A stretch of 64,000 bases of DNA from Marsupella aquatica. Taxonomy: Eukaryota > Plantae > Marchantiophyta. A model generated the notes under the pieces. That model saw only the letters and a program-made list of their open reading frames with translations, was not told the origin of the DNA and did no database searches. The stretch lies in the NCBI GenBank assembly GCA_973895155.1, contig OZ316893.1, positions 22,789,844 through 22,853,843 of the forward strand, given 5' to 3'. Positions 61,690-64,000 of the stretch are shown here, in pieces. The position numbers and the translations under genes are program-made. Numbering within the stretch: the stretch's first letter is position 1; the number at the start of each line of letters is the position of its first letter.

Positions 61690-62436
61690 GAGCATCTCAA
61701 GCACTGAGGTCAAATGCACCTCTAAAAAGAACATATGGAGGTTGATTTTGGAGGATGGTTTCTATGTTGAACTATGACGTCTTCCTTCATGACGATATGA
61801 TGATGACTCATACCATGCTCACGTAGTCAACACAATCCATACGTGGTTCACCTCTTCTCCAAGGCTACGTTCACACGAAAACTCCAACTTTACTTCAGAG
61901 TAGTTGAACACACAAGCTCTCTCTCTTTCTCAAGTTGCTCCGTTACAATGAGCAAACACACCGTACCAGCGGCTTACACTAGCCCTGGTATATGCAAGGT
62001 CATACATGACTAACCTAACCTCAGCTAAGTCCCTAAATGTGGTTAGCCTAAACATAGTATATAACCTATGAGTCACAAGACTAAGAGCAATCCTTAACAT
62101 TCTAGCCTACGGCCCCTATCCTAAAATAAATGGCAACCAGCCTCCATTTTCACAACCCCTCACCCCCATATTTGGTAGAAATGGCAGCCAGGAGAGACCT
62201 CTATCTTGACCTCTATTTCCATCTAGACAGAGATTCCACCACAAGTCACAAGATTCTAGACATGCTTGAGATTTTGAACCTGTGTATGACAACACATCAA
62301 TTTGGAGGGATAGAGGTTAAATAAATTAAGGGGGGACTAAATTCAATATGAGGGCTTTTGTTATTTCTAGGCCTCCAAACGATGGGCTACATTTTGAGTT
62401 TGGGGGTCATTGACCCCTAACCCACTGGAGATGCTC
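61690..62436. mobile_element. Tourist/PIF-Harbinger-like MITE hosting a solo LTR
   Basis: Ends are GAGCATCTC and GAGATGCTC. TAA on the left flank; the right flank is TGT, so the TSD is imperfect. Confidence 0.6.
61765..62099 (-). mobile_element. Solo LTR (335 bp) related to the Copia LTRs at 24746/31011
   Basis: TGTT..AACA ends with a perfect 5-bp TSD TTCTA (61760-61764, 62100-62104). Its reverse complement shares GGTTAGGTTAGTCATG, GCTCATTGT(A/T)ACGGAGC and GAGGTGAACCACGTAT with the Copia LTR. Confidence 0.88.
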
Positions 62437-62750
62437 TGTTTTCTCAAAACTACGGCAAAAGCATTATTTTCTTTCCTTAAGAGACTATTTTGTGGCAACA
62501 AAAAGATTCCTGAGTTTAGTATCTCTTCTCATCCACGAGGCAGACTTTGCATTGACATCTAGCTTTGAGAAATGGTAGTAAATTATTGTTCTTTTAGGTT
62601 GGTTAATTTGTTCCCTTTTGGGGGTTTTAAAAGAGGTTTGGTGCCCTGTTGGAGGATTTTGGTCCAAAGTAATTTGTGCATGACCCTTGTTGTCAATTGA
62701 CTAAGTATATCTATATAGTACGAGTCCTGTTTAAAGGGCATTATAGGATA

Positions 62751-63130
62751 CGAGCCCTATGCCAGTGTGTTGCACTGTGCAAGGAGGGCCAGCCCATATT
62801 GGAGGGAGCATTTGCAAGTGGGGATTGTCCATAATGAAGGGAGGGAGGGAATTGCTAAGGTCAAGGGGATTTGCAAGGGAGGGAGGGGATGATGAGGCAC
62901 AGAGGGGAGGGGTTCCATAATTAAGGCACGGAGGGGGAGGGGACAGGACGGACTGACGGAGGCATGGGGGGAGCATTCGCGAGGGAGGGAGGGAATGATG
63001 AGGCACTGAGGGGAGGGGGAATGATGAGGCATCGTGATCCCCACATTGATGACGACGCAAGGCACGTATTCGCGAGGCAATTATTTTTGAGGTAGGCATA
63101 GAGGGACCAAATGGTATTGTCGGGAGTGGA
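62751..63130 (-). mobile_element. Helitron 3' terminus; the element extends rightward and its far end is not located
   Basis: A|CGAGCCCTATGCCAGTGTGTTGCACTGTGCAAGGAGGGCCAGCCCATA closely matches the terminus at 47847, followed by G-rich repeats. Confidence 0.6.
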
Positions 63131-64000
63131 AGTCCTCGCAAGTGAATCAAACAAACACAATAAATCCACTCAAATATCTAACGGCCAGTTTTTATTGCCA
63201 TCGATATTGGATTTTGTAACGGGATGAAGGACTAAAATGGTGGGATTGTCTATTATAATTGTAGATACTGCCTCCAAAAATGAGAGCTTCAACTCAATTT
63301 TGGAGGGGCTACTATTTCTTTGGAGGGAATGTAGAGGGAATATGGTGCTAGACATTTTGAGGTACTCACATTCTTTTATGCCAAAATTACAGTTGTCACA
63401 ATTGTTTTCAAAAAGCTTCCCACTCTCATCCTTCAACATTAGGATTCATACCTTTCACTTGGGTCATTCATGAAGTGCATTAGGTATTTAAACTAATGAG
63501 TTCAGTCTATTGTGACAAACCTCTCTTTGGTCACTGGCCTAATTTATTACAATCCAGGGTCATAACTAATCAATGGCCAGAGTACTTAACAAAGTTGTGC
63601 ATTGATTTGGAAAGTCAATCTCGTCTTCTGCTGACCCTTTCCAGCTAAAGTCCAAGTCTTACAAGCTTGGACAACCCCAAATCTTGAGTAATTCAATATT
63701 TATTCCATGATCACTTCTCATTGATCTGGTCAAGGCAATGACTTTTCTTCATACAAATCACTTAAGCCGCACTGTAAAATAATCGTTCATGTCGCGGTTG
63801 GCATTCAACAGCCTTCAAGTCTTGGTTCACGTGACACATTTTCATCATAAATGGAGAGATCAGTGAGTAGGATTCTTTCGGTCCAGGTAACTGCACATCA
63901 AAATATGACATATACGGTGTACGATATTCCTCCTTACCATTATAAATCTTGTTATTTTCTTTAAATCAACTAGTGCACACCATATATATCACATTTTGAT

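Noticed and set aside
63150-64000. Possible Helitron RepHel or transposase coding remnant
   Set aside because: Only short broken ORFs with no Rep, helicase or DDE motif, and truncated by the window edge.

Overview
Eukaryotic plant nuclear DNA: GT-AG introns, RALF peptides, an F-box/Kelch gene, and Copia, L1 and Helitron elements. A hydrolase-NB-ARC-LRR gene suggests a liverwort or other bryophyte (inference). Intact genes: two convergent RALF precursors (6976-7401 +, 16368-16784 -), an intronless F-box/Kelch gene (35234-36448 +), tRNA-Pro(CGG) (38267-38338 -), a 6-exon plastid-type FAD-dependent monooxygenase (41868-44887 -) and a 5-exon, ~2009-aa NLR (50080-57126 -). The NLR is the most interesting object. 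Its architecture is N-terminal hydrophobic anchor, alpha/beta-hydrolase with nucleophile and His motifs, NB-ARC, LRR, then six tandem ~130-aa TPR-like units with variable patches. It lies in a local segmental duplication with reciprocal gene loss: the 18.6-37.4 kb copy kept the F-box gene and lost the NLR, and the 47.8-61.3 kb copy did the reverse. The rest is mostly nested transposons, including a four-level nest at 21.7-32.2 kb (direct-repeat element > Helitron > Copia > MITE), a truncated L1, a solo LTR inside a Tourist-like MITE, and several tandem repeats. All alignments and exon models were made by eye, with no database searches.
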